DNA from: an uncultured virus (IMG/VR IMGVR_UViG_2852300590_000011)
Taxonomy: Duplodnaviria > Heunggongvirae > Uroviricota > Caudoviricetes
Strand: one strand, 5' to 3'
Virus record (IMG/VR): IMGVR_UViG_2852300590_000011
Length of the DNA stretch: 64,000 nucleotides
The notes under the pieces are model-generated. The model searched no databases and had not been told where the DNA came from. It was given only the letters and a program-made list of their open reading frames with translations. Positions 50,195 to 60,551 of this stretch are shown here, piece by piece; the stretch's first letter is position 1; each line of letters opens with the position of its first letter. Made by a program: the position numbers and the translations under genes.

Positions 50195-50401
50195 ATGATA
50201 AAACAGAACGATATGACAATTCAGGCGTATAATATATTAGAAATGATATCCCAATATACGGGGAATAATATAATAGAAATAGTTACTAAAACACAACTAA
50301 GTTATGAAAGTTGTGAGTTTTTACTTACACAATTAGAAATGGCGGGTTTTATTTTAAAGCATGGCGAGTTTTATAAAAGAACAACTAAGAGGGTTAATTA
50401 A
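50195..50401 (+). CDS. Small winged-helix-like protein
   Basis: MIKQNDMT..A..IL......I...T.LS...CEFLLTQLEMAG. Confidence 0.6.
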   Translation: MIKQNDMTIQAYNILEMISQYTGNNIIEIVTKTQLSYESCEFLLTQLEMAGFILKHGEFYKRTTKRVN

Positions 50402-50699
50402 TTATTGCATACCATCAAAAAAAGATTGATGGTAATTTTTCCGACATAAAAGATAAGGTATATGTGATGAGATAGTGAAGAGAATAGTTACATCTGCTAG
50501 ATGAAATGGTAGTGGATTTTTTATGGTGAAAATATTACTGTTGCTGAGGTTTACGAAGATAGGGTTAAGATTGAAAAAATGCCTAATAGATAGTTATATA
50601 AAATAAATAGGCCAATTTCCCCTCTACTTTTTATATTAATGAAAGTTAAAGGCTAGGGACTAATAGTTTCTGGCTTTTTTATTATTTAGATAAAGGATA

Positions 50700-51719
50700 T
50701 TGATGCAATTATACAATAATGATGCATTAGCTATATTAAAAACATTACCTGACAATTATATTGATTTAATCGCTACGGATCCACCGTATTTCAGAGTGAA
50801 ATCGTGTGCATGGGATAACCAGTGGGATAATGTTGAGGCATATCTGTCTTGGCTTGATGAGGTACTAGTTGAATTCTGGCGAGTATTAAAACCCAATGGC
50901 AGTTTGTATTTATTCTGTGGCTCTAAATTGGCATCAGATACTGAACTGCTTGTTCGCGGGCGATTTAATGTATTAAGCCATATTATTTGGGCTAAACCAT
51001 CTGGGCCATGGAAAAAACAAAATAAGGAAAGCCTACGCACCTTTTTCCCTTCAACAGAGCGGATACTCTTTGCTGAACATTATCAAAAGCCAATAACCGC
51101 TAAAGGTTCTGAATTTTCTTTAAAGTGCCAGGAGTTAAAGCAAAACGTATTTAAGCCCCTGATTGATTATTTTAGAAATGCTCGTTTAGCACTGCAGGTG
51201 AGTGCAAAAGAAATAGACCAAGCAACAGGTAAGCAAATGTGCAGTCATTGGTTCAGCAATAGTCAGTGGCAATTACCTAGCGAGGAAGACTATAAAAAGT
51301 TACAAACACTGTTTACACATATTGCTGATAAACAAGAAAAGTTATCGCCGTTATCCCGCCAGTTTACCGAATTAGAGCGCGAGCAGGTTACATTACAAAA
51401 AGACTATCAAGAATTAATAAAAGAATATGGTTTATTAAGACGACCATTCTTTGTAACTGCAGATGTGCCTTACACCGATGTGTGGGCTTATCCACCTGTT
51501 CAGTATTATCCCGGTAAACATCCTTGTGAGAAACCATCAGCCATGATGGAACACATTATTCGCTCAAGTAGTCGCGAAGGGGATTTGGTTGCTGATTTCT
51601 TTATGGGATCAGGAGCAACACTGAAAGCAGCACTAAAACTTAATCGAAAGGTTTTAGGTGTTGAGCTTGAGAAAGAACGCTTTATGCAAACAAAAATGGA
51701 AATAAAAATTCAAAAATAG
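50700..51719 (+). CDS. Phage DNA methyltransferase (N6A/N4C, beta class)
   Basis: DPPY, HPCEKP and DFFMGSG in beta order. Confidence 0.92.
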   Translation: MMQLYNNDALAILKTLPDNYIDLIATDPPYFRVKSCAWDNQWDNVEAYLSWLDEVLVEFWRVLKPNGSLYLFCGSKLASDTELLVRGRFNVLSHIIWAKPSGPWKKQNKESLRTFFPSTERILFAEHYQKPITAKGSEFSLKCQELKQNVFKPLIDYFRNARLALQVSAKEIDQATGKQMCSHWFSNSQWQLPSEEDYKKLQTLFTHIADKQEKLSPLSRQFTELEREQVTLQKDYQELIKEYGLLRRPFFVTADVPYTDVWAYPPVQYYPGKHPCEKPSAMMEHIIRSSSREGDLVADFFMGSGATLKAALKLNRKVLGVELEKERFMQTKMEIKIQK

Positions 51720-51722
51720 CAT

Positions 51723-51755
51723 AAGTCTCTTACTAATTATAAGTAAGAGACTTAA
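51723..51755. terminator. Bidirectional hairpin between convergent genes
   Basis: TAAGTCTCTTACT / AGTAAGAGACTTA perfect 13-bp stem. Confidence 0.7.
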
Positions 51756-51760
51756 TAGAA

Positions 51761-51988
51761 TCATAGTTTAGTGATTCTAATGGTACGGCGTTGGGGTGGA
51801 TATGATGATGTTGTATCTTTTACTAAATATTTTTCACAAACAATTCCATTTTCATCGATTTGTTCATATGTATAGCTATCGGTATCTTGGCCTTTTCTTA
51901 GACCGTCCCAGTTAGAACCTGTTTTCACAAGAGTGTGATTCTCTGGAATGGAATGTTGTTTTTTGATTCTTTCAATTATTTCGTCCAT
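51761..51988 (-). CDS. Hypothetical moron protein
   Basis: GGAG RBS; antisense ORF between the MTase and the holin. Confidence 0.65.
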   Translation of the reverse strand: MDEIIERIKKQHSIPENHTLVKTGSNWDGLRKGQDTDSYTYEQIDENGIVCEKYLVKDTTSSYPPQRRTIRITKL

Positions 51989-52110
51989 TAAAGAACTCCA
52001 ATGTTAAAAATAATTTAACATTATGGCATGCTTTTTATGTCTTTTCTTTTGCTTGTATCACATATCAATAATTAGCACTAAATATATAAACAAATAATAG
52101 GACTACACAT

Positions 52111-52500
52111 ATGAGTGAGCCGTTAACGGGCACTACAACAGCATCGCTAGCGGGCGTTTCAATTGTGGGCCTATTTGCTGGTATGGATGCAGGCGTCGTC
52201 ATTGGTGCGTTTGCCGGGGCGGTTATATTTGTATTGTCAGCACATGATATTCGGTTATTAAAGCGATGGGCGTATTTCACTGTTGCATTTGCGATTGGGA
52301 TATTAGGCGCTGATTTTATGTCATCACTACTGAGTGGCATTGTCGGAGATAGAGAAGTCGATCGCTCTGTTGGTGCAATGTTCTCATCGGCTGGTTTGGT
52401 TGGTGTTTTGGTAACAATATCTAAACCCGGTGCGCTCACAGACAGTATCAACAACGTTATCAACAACCTGATAGATAAATTCAGAGGAGGTGGAAGATGA
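52111..52500 (+). CDS. Putative holin (multi-TM)
   Basis: MSEPLT...GAFAGAVIFV; first gene of the lysis cassette. Confidence 0.75.
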   Translation: MSEPLTGTTTASLAGVSIVGLFAGMDAGVVIGAFAGAVIFVLSAHDIRLLKRWAYFTVAFAIGILGADFMSSLLSGIVGDREVDRSVGAMFSSAGLVGVLVTISKPGALTDSINNVINNLIDKFRGGGR

Positions 52501-52784
52501 CCATCTCAATGTTTTGGATTTACGTCAATTTTTTCTCATGCTTATTCGCTGTTATTCGCCTTGTTAACTATGAGCGTAACGGCGCTAAATACAAATTCTT
52601 TCCGTCACTTATAGCATGGGTTCTCATTGTTATGCTTGGTTCTATCCCACTACGCATATTAACGAATGACTACGCGCATGCAGATCCATTTGAAGTCGGA
52701 ATCAATATCACACTATGCGCGCTAATAATTCTTAGTCGTGGGAATGTGATGCAAATATTTAGAGGGGTTAGTAAAAATGGCTAG
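52497..52784 (+). CDS. Second holin-family protein (3 TM)
   Basis: RL..Y.RNGA.Y and RGNV motifs. Confidence 0.72.
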   Translation: MTISMFWIYVNFFSCLFAVIRLVNYERNGAKYKFFPSLIAWVLIVMLGSIPLRILTNDYAHADPFEVGINITLCALIILSRGNVMQIFRGVSKNG

Positions 52785-53181
52785 ACCAGCGCGCGGTGAA
52801 CGCAATAACAATCCGGGCAACATTCGACACGGTTCAAAATGGCAAGGGCTATCAGCACAGCAAACCGATAAGGACTTTTGCCAATTCGTATCACCTGAAT
52901 ATGGCATTCGGGCCATCTATAAGCTACTGCAAACGTACCAAAAGAAATACGAACTCGACAGCATTGAGTCGATTATCGATCGGTATGCTCCGCCAAATGA
53001 AAATAACACGGCCGGCTACATTTATCGTGCGGCTAGAGATATCGGCGTTAGTGTAAATGAGCCTATTAATGTTTCATCTAAACCAGTCGCTATTGCATTA
53101 GCCACGGCGATTGTTGGTGTCGAGCTTGGGTATCAGCCTTACAGCCCAAAAGTATTTGAAGATGCTTGGTTGTTGTTATGA
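52777..53181 (+). CDS. Endolysin (RG.RNNNPGNI lysozyme-like family)
   Basis: RGERNNNPGNIR, F.SPEYGIRA, RYAPP.ENNT. Confidence 0.82.
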   Translation: MARPARGERNNNPGNIRHGSKWQGLSAQQTDKDFCQFVSPEYGIRAIYKLLQTYQKKYELDSIESIIDRYAPPNENNTAGYIYRAARDIGVSVNEPINVSSKPVAIALATAIVGVELGYQPYSPKVFEDAWLLL

Positions 53182-53630
53182 ATCTAGGCGAAACAATAGT
53201 GTCCGTGGGCGTTATTTTGATGATGAGCGTCGGTATGACTTGGCAAGGGAATAGGATAGATAAACTGAAAGCCTCAAATAGTGAACTAACCACTCAGTTA
53301 TCAGAACAAGTTAAAATCAACGAAAAATACCAAGCTCGCATCACTAAATTAAACGAGCTTGATACAAAACACACGACGGAACTCACAAATGCAAAAGCTG
53401 AAATTGATAGGTTGCGCGTTAGTGCTGAGCGTAATCCTGACAGGGTGTACATCAAAGCCGAGTGTCCAAAAAGCACCACCACTTCCCCCGCCAGCATGGA
53501 TGATGCAACCACCGCCCGACCTACTGACTCCGCTATCCGAAATTATTGGTTACTCAGAGAGCGAATAACACAGTCTGAGCAAATGATATTAGGGCTACAA
53601 GATTATATCAGGCAAGAGTGTATTCAATGA
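53178..53630 (+). CDS. Rz: i-spanin (Rz)
   Basis: Homologous to the 13898 protein. Confidence 0.9.
   Translation: MNLGETIVSVGVILMMSVGMTWQGNRIDKLKASNSELTTQLSEQVKINEKYQARITKLNELDTKHTTELTNAKAEIDRLRVSAERNPDRVYIKAECPKSTTTSPASMDDATTARPTDSAIRNYWLLRERITQSEQMILGLQDYIRQECIQ
53389..53568 (+). CDS. Rz1: o-spanin (Rz1)
   Basis: MQKLK...LTGC lipobox, Pro-rich, embedded in Rz. Confidence 0.85.
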   Translation: MQKLKLIGCALVLSVILTGCTSKPSVQKAPPLPPPAWMMQPPPDLLTPLSEIIGYSESE

Positions 53631-53729
53631 AAGTTAGAGTACAAACTAAACTAATAGAAATTGATATAGATATTAAATGGCGTATATTGAAGTTAATATA
53701 AATAAATTTAACATGGAATTAACTTTAAT

Positions 53730-54223
53730 ATGCTTGATTTAGATATAATCACAAATACACTTGTTGGATTAATATCGGGTGTCATGGGAGCGTTATTCAC
53801 AGCATGGATTGCATTTACTCGATTTTATAAGGAAAAATTATGGGAAAAAAATATGAGGTTTACAGTAGACTATTCGAGGCTATTTATTTCCATAAGAAAC
53901 TAATTAAAGAATATAAAGAAGATGCAGAGAACCAGTTTAATGGTTATGGAACTTCAAATAAAGCAGAAAAAATTAAATTAGAAATGAAGGAAAGTTTAGA
54001 GCAAGTTGTTGTTGCATCTTTATTTATTTTAAATGAAAAAGTACATGATTTAATTAATGACTTTTTTGAAAAAAGAAACGAATGGCAGTCTCATATAAAA
54101 AATAACCCAGAAGACAATAATGACCCGGATGTTCATATAAGTCTATACAACCGTGAATTAGAGGAAATTGATAATCTAACGGGGCAAATTGTCTTAATAG
54201 CAAGAAAAGCACTTCGAATATAA
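53730..54223 (+). pseudogene. Single-TM moron protein split by an A7 frameshift
   Basis: MLDLDII..TM..RFYKEKLWE joins KKYEVYSRL if the A7 at 53845-53851 were A8. Confidence 0.68.
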
Positions 54224-54289
54224 ATGATAATTAGATACTTAAAAAAGCCATTAATTTAAAGTTAGTGGCTTTTTTATTGGAGAGAGTAA

Positions 54290-54790
54290 ATGAATATAAC
54301 AATTAATGATGATGTTTCTGTTTGTATTAAGAATAATTCTTATCGAAGCCATTATGATCAAGATGGAAATTTAAAGGTTGTTATTGGTAGTCTGAATACT
54401 CCTAAAAAGATAGCTATCAATTATCCCGAAAAAGAGATAGGTGAGTTGATCTACAAAGTCTCGGTAGATACATCTGACTTAGATAAGTTAGAAGAGCAAT
54501 TCACGCGGATTAAGCAACTGATGCAAGATGTAGGGGCAAAGCCTAAATCAACATAACCTTTCGCTGGTAAGTTATTTATCAAAGACACCTTTATTAATTT
54601 TGCAGGACTAAAAGATGTGGCTGTTAGTTATAAGTTAGAACAAGACACTAAGGTTGAGTTGGCAGATCTACGCATGAGAGCTAATCAACAAGATGTTGCT
54701 ATCAATGAGCTTAAGAAAGCAATGGCAACTCAGCAACAAGCATGATCACAAGCTGTGCGTGAGTTAAATAACAGAACGTGGTGCAGTTAG
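54290..54790 (+). pseudogene. Hypothetical phage gene with two in-frame stops
   Basis: The frame continues as coiled-coil-like sequence past TAA (54554) and TGA (54742) to TAG (54788). Confidence 0.55.
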
Positions 54791-54832
54791 AAGTAAAGGT
54801 GAGGTTTCTCACCTTATTCATAATTTATAGCG

Positions 54833-55327
54833 TTAGATTATTTCGCCGAGAAGCCTATGAGTTTCTTCGATAGGGAATTCATCCCAGTAGTATTCTGACA
54901 TGTATCTTTTGTCAATGGCGGTGGTTTCCCAAAATCCCCTTGTTACTGAAGTTTGATATTCCACTGATTCATCCAAGTTTTCAATACAATCCTTGGCATC
55001 ACGAGTAAGGGAAAGATTTTTAATTTCGCTATGAAATAGAATGACGATATCTTTTAATTGATACAGTTGTGATTTTACTGGATCTATAGAAAACAAAGTA
55101 TGCATTGCGTGATATAACGCCTTTCTTTCTAATAATGGTTCAAAATTAGTGGCGTTTTGTCTTCTATATAATTCAATATAAAGACAAAGTCTGAGCATTT
55201 GATTTACTCGTCTAGCAATTTTTAGTTTTGTTAAAGGGCTAAGATTATCAGTATCAATGTTATGTGATTCTATTATTCCTTTTTCGATAATATCTTTGAT
55301 TTTATGAATACTATGGATATTTAACAT
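54833..55327 (-). CDS. Phage-associated hypothetical protein (ECs1072-like)
   Basis: AGGAG RBS; RRVNQ...E.YRR....FEPL..RKALYH. Confidence 0.6.
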   Translation of the reverse strand: MLNIHSIHKIKDIIEKGIIESHNIDTDNLSPLTKLKIARRVNQMLRLCLYIELYRRQNATNFEPLLERKALYHAMHTLFSIDPVKSQLYQLKDIVILFHSEIKNLSLTRDAKDCIENLDESVEYQTSVTRGFWETTAIDKRYMSEYYWDEFPIEETHRLLGEII

Positions 55328-55382
55328 GTTAATTCTCCTTTAAGTATAAAGAGAAAATGATAGTAGCCTTTAATATAAAGTC

Positions 55383-55445
55383 AAAAGGTACTCCCAGCGG
55401 GGTACCCTCTCCACGGGGCGACGCGCACGCGGGAAACGGCGCATT
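55383..55445. other. Putative cos (cosQ/cosN-like) site
   Basis: GC-rich AAAAGGTACTCC...CCACGGGGCGACGCGCACGCGGG in AT-rich DNA upstream of the terminase; resembles lambda GGGCGGCGACCTCGCGGG. Confidence 0.65.
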
Positions 55446-55733
55446 TTTCAATTTTTATCGGTCGTCACCACCAGTGTAATTATTTGATAAATATATGTTA
55501 AAAAATAACAGTGATGAAATTTTTTGTTTTTTATTCATCACTAACTCAAGCTTTTAACTCTCACTTTTATTGTTTTACATCTCATTTCACTGCGCATTCA
55601 CAGCGCAATCACTAAAACGTCGGATCCAATCACTTTGATATGAGCCTTCGAGGAAGTCAGTTATGGCTGGCGAGCTTCGACGGGCTGATTTTCTATGTGA
55701 ACGAGGGTTCATTTCAAATGTAGGAAATACGTT

Positions 55734-56246
55734 ATGCAATATCCAAGAGTCAGTATTAATGGTGTATCTGTCCGTGTTGATAGTGAGGGTAGATATAACT
55801 TAAATGATCTGCATGCAGCTGCTGTTGCGGATGGTAAAGCAACGGAATCACAAAGACCCGGTGCATTTTTGAAAAGTCGTCAAGTAAAGCGGTTTGTTCA
55901 AGCTTTAAGCGATGCAACAAAAAGTGCATCGGTTAAAGTAATTAAAGGTGGACTTAATCAGGGAACTTGGGCTTTAGAGTTAGTTGTTATTCGGTATGCA
56001 GCTTGGTTAAAGCCTGAGTTTGAAATTCTTGTCTACAACACGTTTAAAGATGCGACGACAAAAGGTTTAGATGTTATGTCTAAATTGAACAAGCTAGATC
56101 ATGTCATTAATGCGGAAACTAAAAACGTCAGTCACTGTGCAAGGACAATGGCTAATTGGGGAGTTGGTGGTAGAAAACAATTACTGCTAATGGCAAGAGA
56201 GCGAATTATTAATGAAGCTCAAATCTATCTTCCGGGAGTGGAATAA
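55734..56246 (+). CDS. KilA-N domain protein
   Basis: VR.D.EGRYNLNDLH.AA...GTW..ELV...YAAWL.P.FE..VY. Confidence 0.88.
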   Translation: MQYPRVSINGVSVRVDSEGRYNLNDLHAAAVADGKATESQRPGAFLKSRQVKRFVQALSDATKSASVKVIKGGLNQGTWALELVVIRYAAWLKPEFEILVYNTFKDATTKGLDVMSKLNKLDHVINAETKNVSHCARTMANWGVGGRKQLLLMARERIINEAQIYLPGVE

Positions 56247-56258
56247 AACAAATGAAAT

Positions 56259-56753
56259 ATGGACAAAGAACTCAAACACTTAAAGCTCAATATCAGCCAG
56301 ATAGCAGCACTTTCTGGCGTCCATCGACAAACAGCTTCCGCCCGTCTTAATCATTTAGAGCCTGTTGCAGGCAATAGCTCAAATCTAAAACTCTACGCAC
56401 TCACTGATATTTTATCTGAAATGATGAAGGCGCCAGCCCCTGTCGAAAATCAGGAAATGCTACCTCAAGATCGGAAGGCGTGGTATCAGTCTGAGCGGGA
56501 GCGTTTGAAGTTTGAACAAGAAGTGGGGGAGTTATTGCCTACCTCAGAGGTTGCACGAGAATATTCAGCACTGGCTAAAGCGATGGTGCAAGTGCTGGAA
56601 ACGTTACCTGACATATTAGAACGTGATTGTGCATTAACACCGACAGCTGTATCTCGTGTTCAGGGTATTATTGATGATCTGCGCGACCAGATAGCACATC
56701 AAGTTTTAAGTGATAACTCGGATGATGAAGAGAGCGATGAGGATGAGTTATGA
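56259..56753 (+). CDS. Terminase small subunit (DUF1441)
   Basis: LNISQIA...GVHRQT; P.DRKAWYQSE.ER; LETLPD.LERD. Confidence 0.88.
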   Translation: MDKELKHLKLNISQIAALSGVHRQTASARLNHLEPVAGNSSNLKLYALTDILSEMMKAPAPVENQEMLPQDRKAWYQSERERLKFEQEVGELLPTSEVAREYSALAKAMVQVLETLPDILERDCALTPTAVSRVQGIIDDLRDQIAHQVLSDNSDDEESDEDEL

Positions 56754-58852
56754 CAGCAACAGTGTCAGCAACCACATTAAGAAAAAATGTGGCTCAACTC
56801 ATTAAAGCACCGAGGCGAATGCCAGTTGCGGATGCTGTGGCAAAATATATGCGTGTACCTGTGGGAGCGGGTAACTCGGTTCCTTGGGATCCGGCAGTAT
56901 CTCCTTACATTGTTGAACCTATGAATTGTTTATCGTCACGGCTCTATGATGCAGTGATATTTGTGGGTCCTGCAAGAACAGGAAAGACGGTCGGGTTAAT
57001 TGATGGCTGGGTGATTTACAATATTGTGTGCGATCCTTCTGATATGTTGCTGGTGCAAATGACGCAAGATAAAGCACAAGAGCACAGTAAAAAACGGCTT
57101 TCTCGCACCTTTCGTTGCAGTCCTGAAGTCAGCAAACAACTCAGCCCTCGTCGTAACGATAACAACGTGTTTGATAAATACTTTTTATCGGGCAGTTTTT
57201 TAAAAATGGGGTGGCCATCGATTAATGTGATGTCCTCATCTGACTTTAAGTGTGTGGCGCTCACCGATTATGACCGTTTCCCTGAAGATATCGACGGTGA
57301 AGGAGATGGCTTTTCTTTAGCCTCAAAACGGACAACCACCTTTATGTCTGCGGGTATGACGCTGGTGGAAAGTTCTCCGGGGCGTGATATTACCGATACT
57401 AAATGGCGTCGTTTGTCTCCTCACGAAGCTCCGCCCACAACGGGTATTTTATCACTTTATAATCGGGGTGACCGCCGTCGCTGGTACTGGCAATGTCCTC
57501 ACTGCCACGAATATTTTCAGCCTATTTATGATGCGGTAAAAGGATATCGTGACAAGTCAGATCCCGTAGAAGCAAGTGAATTTGCGTATGTGGAGTGTCA
57601 GCACTGTTTAGGTCGTATCGAACCCCATCAAAAACGGGAGCTCAATAATAAAGGGGTGTGGTTGATTGAAGGACAGTCCATTGATAAGCAAGGAAGGATA
57701 TCAGGCACTGGACGCCGTTCGCGTATTGCCTCTTTTTGGATGGAAGGCCCTGCTGCAGCTTATCAAACGTTGTCTCAGTTAGTTTATAAGTTACTAACTG
57801 CAGAACAAGAATACGAATTAACCGGCAGTGAAGAAACCCTAAAAGCGGTCACCAATACAGACTGGGGTTTACCTTATTTACCCCGTACAGCACAAGAACA
57901 GCGCCGGAGTGATGAACTGATTAATCGTACGGAAAGTTGGGATGAGTCAGTGGTACCAGAAGGCGTGCGGTTCTTGGTTGCCACGGTTGACGTGCAAGGT
58001 GGTAAAAAACGTCGCTTTGTGGTGCAAGTGGTCGGTTACGGTGAAAAAGGCGAACGCTGGGTGATTGACCGCTTTGAAATCACTCAATCCCTACGTTATG
58101 GCAATAACGGTGAGTGCCGGCGAATTGATCCGGGCTCTTACCCTGAGGATTGGCAGGTATTAATTACCGATGTATTAGAGAAAACCTACCCATTACAGCA
58201 CTATCCTCATCATGAGATGGGGATCATGATGTTGGGGGTAGACTCCGGCGGTGAAGATGGCGTTACTGATAATGCCTATAAATTTTGGCGTCGCTGTCGA
58301 AAAGAGGGACTGCATCGTAAAGTCTATCTCTTTAAGGGTGACGGGCATAAACGCAGTAAGTTAATCACCAAGTCATTCCCCGATAACACCAGTCGTTCTG
58401 AACGGCGCGCCCAAGCTAAAGGGGATGTGCCTCTTTATTTACTGCAAACTGACCAACTTAAGGACCGGATCAGTTCTGCGTTATCGCGCGATACCGTAGG
58501 GCCTAACTATATCCATTTCCCTGATTGGTTGGATGAATCGTTCTATGACGAGTTGACGTATGAAGAGCGTGATGAAAAAGGGCATTGGGAAAAACCGGGT
58601 CGAGGCGCTAATGAGGCATTTGACCTAATGGTTTACGCCCATGCCTTGGTGATATTAAAGGGGTACGAAGGGATCAATTGGGAAAAACCGCCTAAATGGG
58701 CAAGGTTACCTGATGTGACACTTTCCTCCTCCTCGCCAATTACCGATATCGCCACAGAGCCTGAAATAAAACCCTCACCCGAAACCCCAAAACAGGAAAC
58801 GCCTGCGGTATCAGCATGGGCACCGGTATCAAACAGCGGAGGCTGGATATGA
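56750..58852 (+). CDS. Terminase large subunit (GpA family)
   Basis: GPARTGKT, LTDYDR, ESSPG, CPHC..C, VDVQ, NEAFD. Confidence 0.95.
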   Translation: MTATVSATTLRKNVAQLIKAPRRMPVADAVAKYMRVPVGAGNSVPWDPAVSPYIVEPMNCLSSRLYDAVIFVGPARTGKTVGLIDGWVIYNIVCDPSDMLLVQMTQDKAQEHSKKRLSRTFRCSPEVSKQLSPRRNDNNVFDKYFLSGSFLKMGWPSINVMSSSDFKCVALTDYDRFPEDIDGEGDGFSLASKRTTTFMSAGMTLVESSPGRDITDTKWRRLSPHEAPPTTGILSLYNRGDRRRWYWQCPHCHEYFQPIYDAVKGYRDKSDPVEASEFAYVECQHCLGRIEPHQKRELNNKGVWLIEGQSIDKQGRISGTGRRSRIASFWMEGPAAAYQTLSQLVYKLLTAEQEYELTGSEETLKAVTNTDWGLPYLPRTAQEQRRSDELINRTESWDESVVPEGVRFLVATVDVQGGKKRRFVVQVVGYGEKGERWVIDRFEITQSLRYGNNGECRRIDPGSYPEDWQVLITDVLEKTYPLQHYPHHEMGIMMLGVDSGGEDGVTDNAYKFWRRCRKEGLHRKVYLFKGDGHKRSKLITKSFPDNTSRSERRAQAKGDVPLYLLQTDQLKDRISSALSRDTVGPNYIHFPDWLDESFYDELTYEERDEKGHWEKPGRGANEAFDLMVYAHALVILKGYEGINWEKPPKWARLPDVTLSSSSPITDIATEPEIKPSPETPKQETPAVSAWAPVSNSGGWI

Positions 58853-59064
58853 CGAAAGAAGAAATTGAACACATGATTGAGCAATACCGTTTAGCGGAAG
58901 AGGCGGTATTAAAAGGCAAATCCATCACTTTTAATGGACAAGCCATGACAATGGAAAATCTCAACGAGATCATAAAAGGTCGTGAGCGTTGGGAATCTCG
59001 TTTGTCGGCATTGATATCGAGAAAACGAGGCAACCCAATGTATAAACTTGCGAGGTTTAGATGA
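58849..59064 (+). CDS. gpW-like head-tail joining protein
   Basis: ATGA overlap; Y..AE.AVL.GKS...NG...TMENL.EI..GR. Confidence 0.8.
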   Translation: MTKEEIEHMIEQYRLAEEAVLKGKSITFNGQAMTMENLNEIIKGRERWESRLSALISRKRGNPMYKLARFR

Positions 59065-60551
59065 CATTATTAGACAGCGCCATTGGTTATTTTGCCCCAA
59101 ACTGGCAAGCCTCGCGTCTCCGCTCTCGCTTACAAATTAAAGCTTATGAAGCCGTTTTACCCACTCGTACTCATCCCGCTAAACGTGAAAATCGTAATGC
59201 AAACCAATTGACGCAATTTGGTGGTACTTCCTTACGCGAGCAAGCGCGATGGCTAGATAACAATCATGATATCTCTATCGGTATTCTCGATAAGATGGAA
59301 GAGCGCATTGTTGGGGCAAAAGGCATTATTGTTGAGCCTCAGCCTCTCGATGGTGCAGGGCAAATTCATGAAGATTTAGCCTCACAAATTCGTCAAGCCT
59401 GGGCGGAGTGGTCAGTACTACCCGAAGTGACCGGGCAATTTAGTCGCCCTGTATTAGAGCGTTTACTGGTCAGAACGTGGTTACGTGATGGCGAAGTGTT
59501 TGCTCAACTTGTTAAAGGTAAAGCGAAAGGATTAGAGGCTCAAGCTAATATTTATTTTTGGCTCGAAGCCTTAGAGCCTGACTTTGTGCCGATCCACATG
59601 AATATGCCTGAAAGCAAGATTATTCAAGGCATTAAATTCAATGAGTGGGGGCGACCCACAGGGTATCAGGTATATAAAAATCTCCCTCAATTTAGTGCCA
59701 ATTTAGGGGATATCAAAACCATTGATGCCGAAAATATGTTGCACCTGAAATTCACTCGTCGGCTTCATCAAGCGCGAGGTGTCAGTTTGTTTTCGGGGAT
59801 CTTAATGCGTTTAAGTGCGTTAAAAGATTACGAAGATGCGGAATTAACCTCCGCACGTATTGCAGCTTCATTAGGCATGTACATCAAAAAAGGCGATGCC
59901 GGCTCTTTCCCTGAGGGTGACTATGACGAAGATGAGCAACGTAATATTGATATTCAGCCGGGCATGATTTACGACGGTTTAAAACCGGGTGAAGAAGTCG
60001 GCATGATCAAATCAGACCGACCCAACACCAACCTACAATCGTTTCGCAATGGACAATTACGCGCGGTTTCTGCAGGCAGTCGGGGGAGTTATTCCAGTAT
60101 CGCCCGTGACTATAACGGTACGTATAGCGCTCAGCGACAAGAGCTGGTGGAGTCATTTGAAGGTTATAATATTTTCCAAGATACCTTTGTGGCAGGCATC
60201 ACACGTCCGATGTATCGCAATTGGTTAAAAATGGCGATAGCCAGTGGTGTGGTAACCGTTCCACCTGATGTTGACCCTAAATCCTTGTTTAATGCGGTTT
60301 ACAGTGGCCCTGTAATGCCATGGATTGATCCGAAGAAAGAGTCTGAGGCTTGGAAAACCTTGTTACGTGGTGGTGCGTCAACAGAAAGTGACTGGATACG
60401 CGCCAAAGGGGGCAACCCTGCGGATGTGAAACGTCGTCGTAAAACCGAAATTGACGAAAATAAACGATTAGGACTGGTATTTGATACTGATCCTGCTAAT
60501 GACAAAGGGGCACAAGATGCTAAACAACAAGAAATCGATGATGATGCCTAA
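59061..60551 (+). CDS. Lambda-family portal protein
   Basis: LREQAR.L..N, DGEVF, YSA.RQ.LVE, PWIDP.KE. Confidence 0.94.
   Translation: MTLLDSAIGYFAPNWQASRLRSRLQIKAYEAVLPTRTHPAKRENRNANQLTQFGGTSLREQARWLDNNHDISIGILDKMEERIVGAKGIIVEPQPLDGAGQIHEDLASQIRQAWAEWSVLPEVTGQFSRPVLERLLVRTWLRDGEVFAQLVKGKAKGLEAQANIYFWLEALEPDFVPIHMNMPESKIIQGIKFNEWGRPTGYQVYKNLPQFSANLGDIKTIDAENMLHLKFTRRLHQARGVSLFSGILMRLSALKDYEDAELTSARIAASLGMYIKKGDAGSFPEGDYDEDEQRNIDIQPGMIYDGLKPGEEVGMIKSDRPNTNLQSFRNGQLRAVSAGSRGSYSSIARDYNGTYSAQRQELVESFEGYNIFQDTFVAGITRPMYRNWLKMAIASGVVTVPPDVDPKSLFNAVYSGPVMPWIDPKKESEAWKTLLRGGASTESDWIRAKGGNPADVKRRRKTEIDENKRLGLVFDTDPANDKGAQDAKQQEIDDDA

Noticed and set aside
50700..51719. Restriction-modification system
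   Set aside because: Orphan MTase at its usual pre-lysis position with no adjacent nuclease.
34276..54790. Stop-codon reassignment to explain in-frame stops at 34534, 34654, 54554 and 54742
   Set aside because: All three stop codons are involved and all are used as normal terminators elsewhere; decay is simpler.
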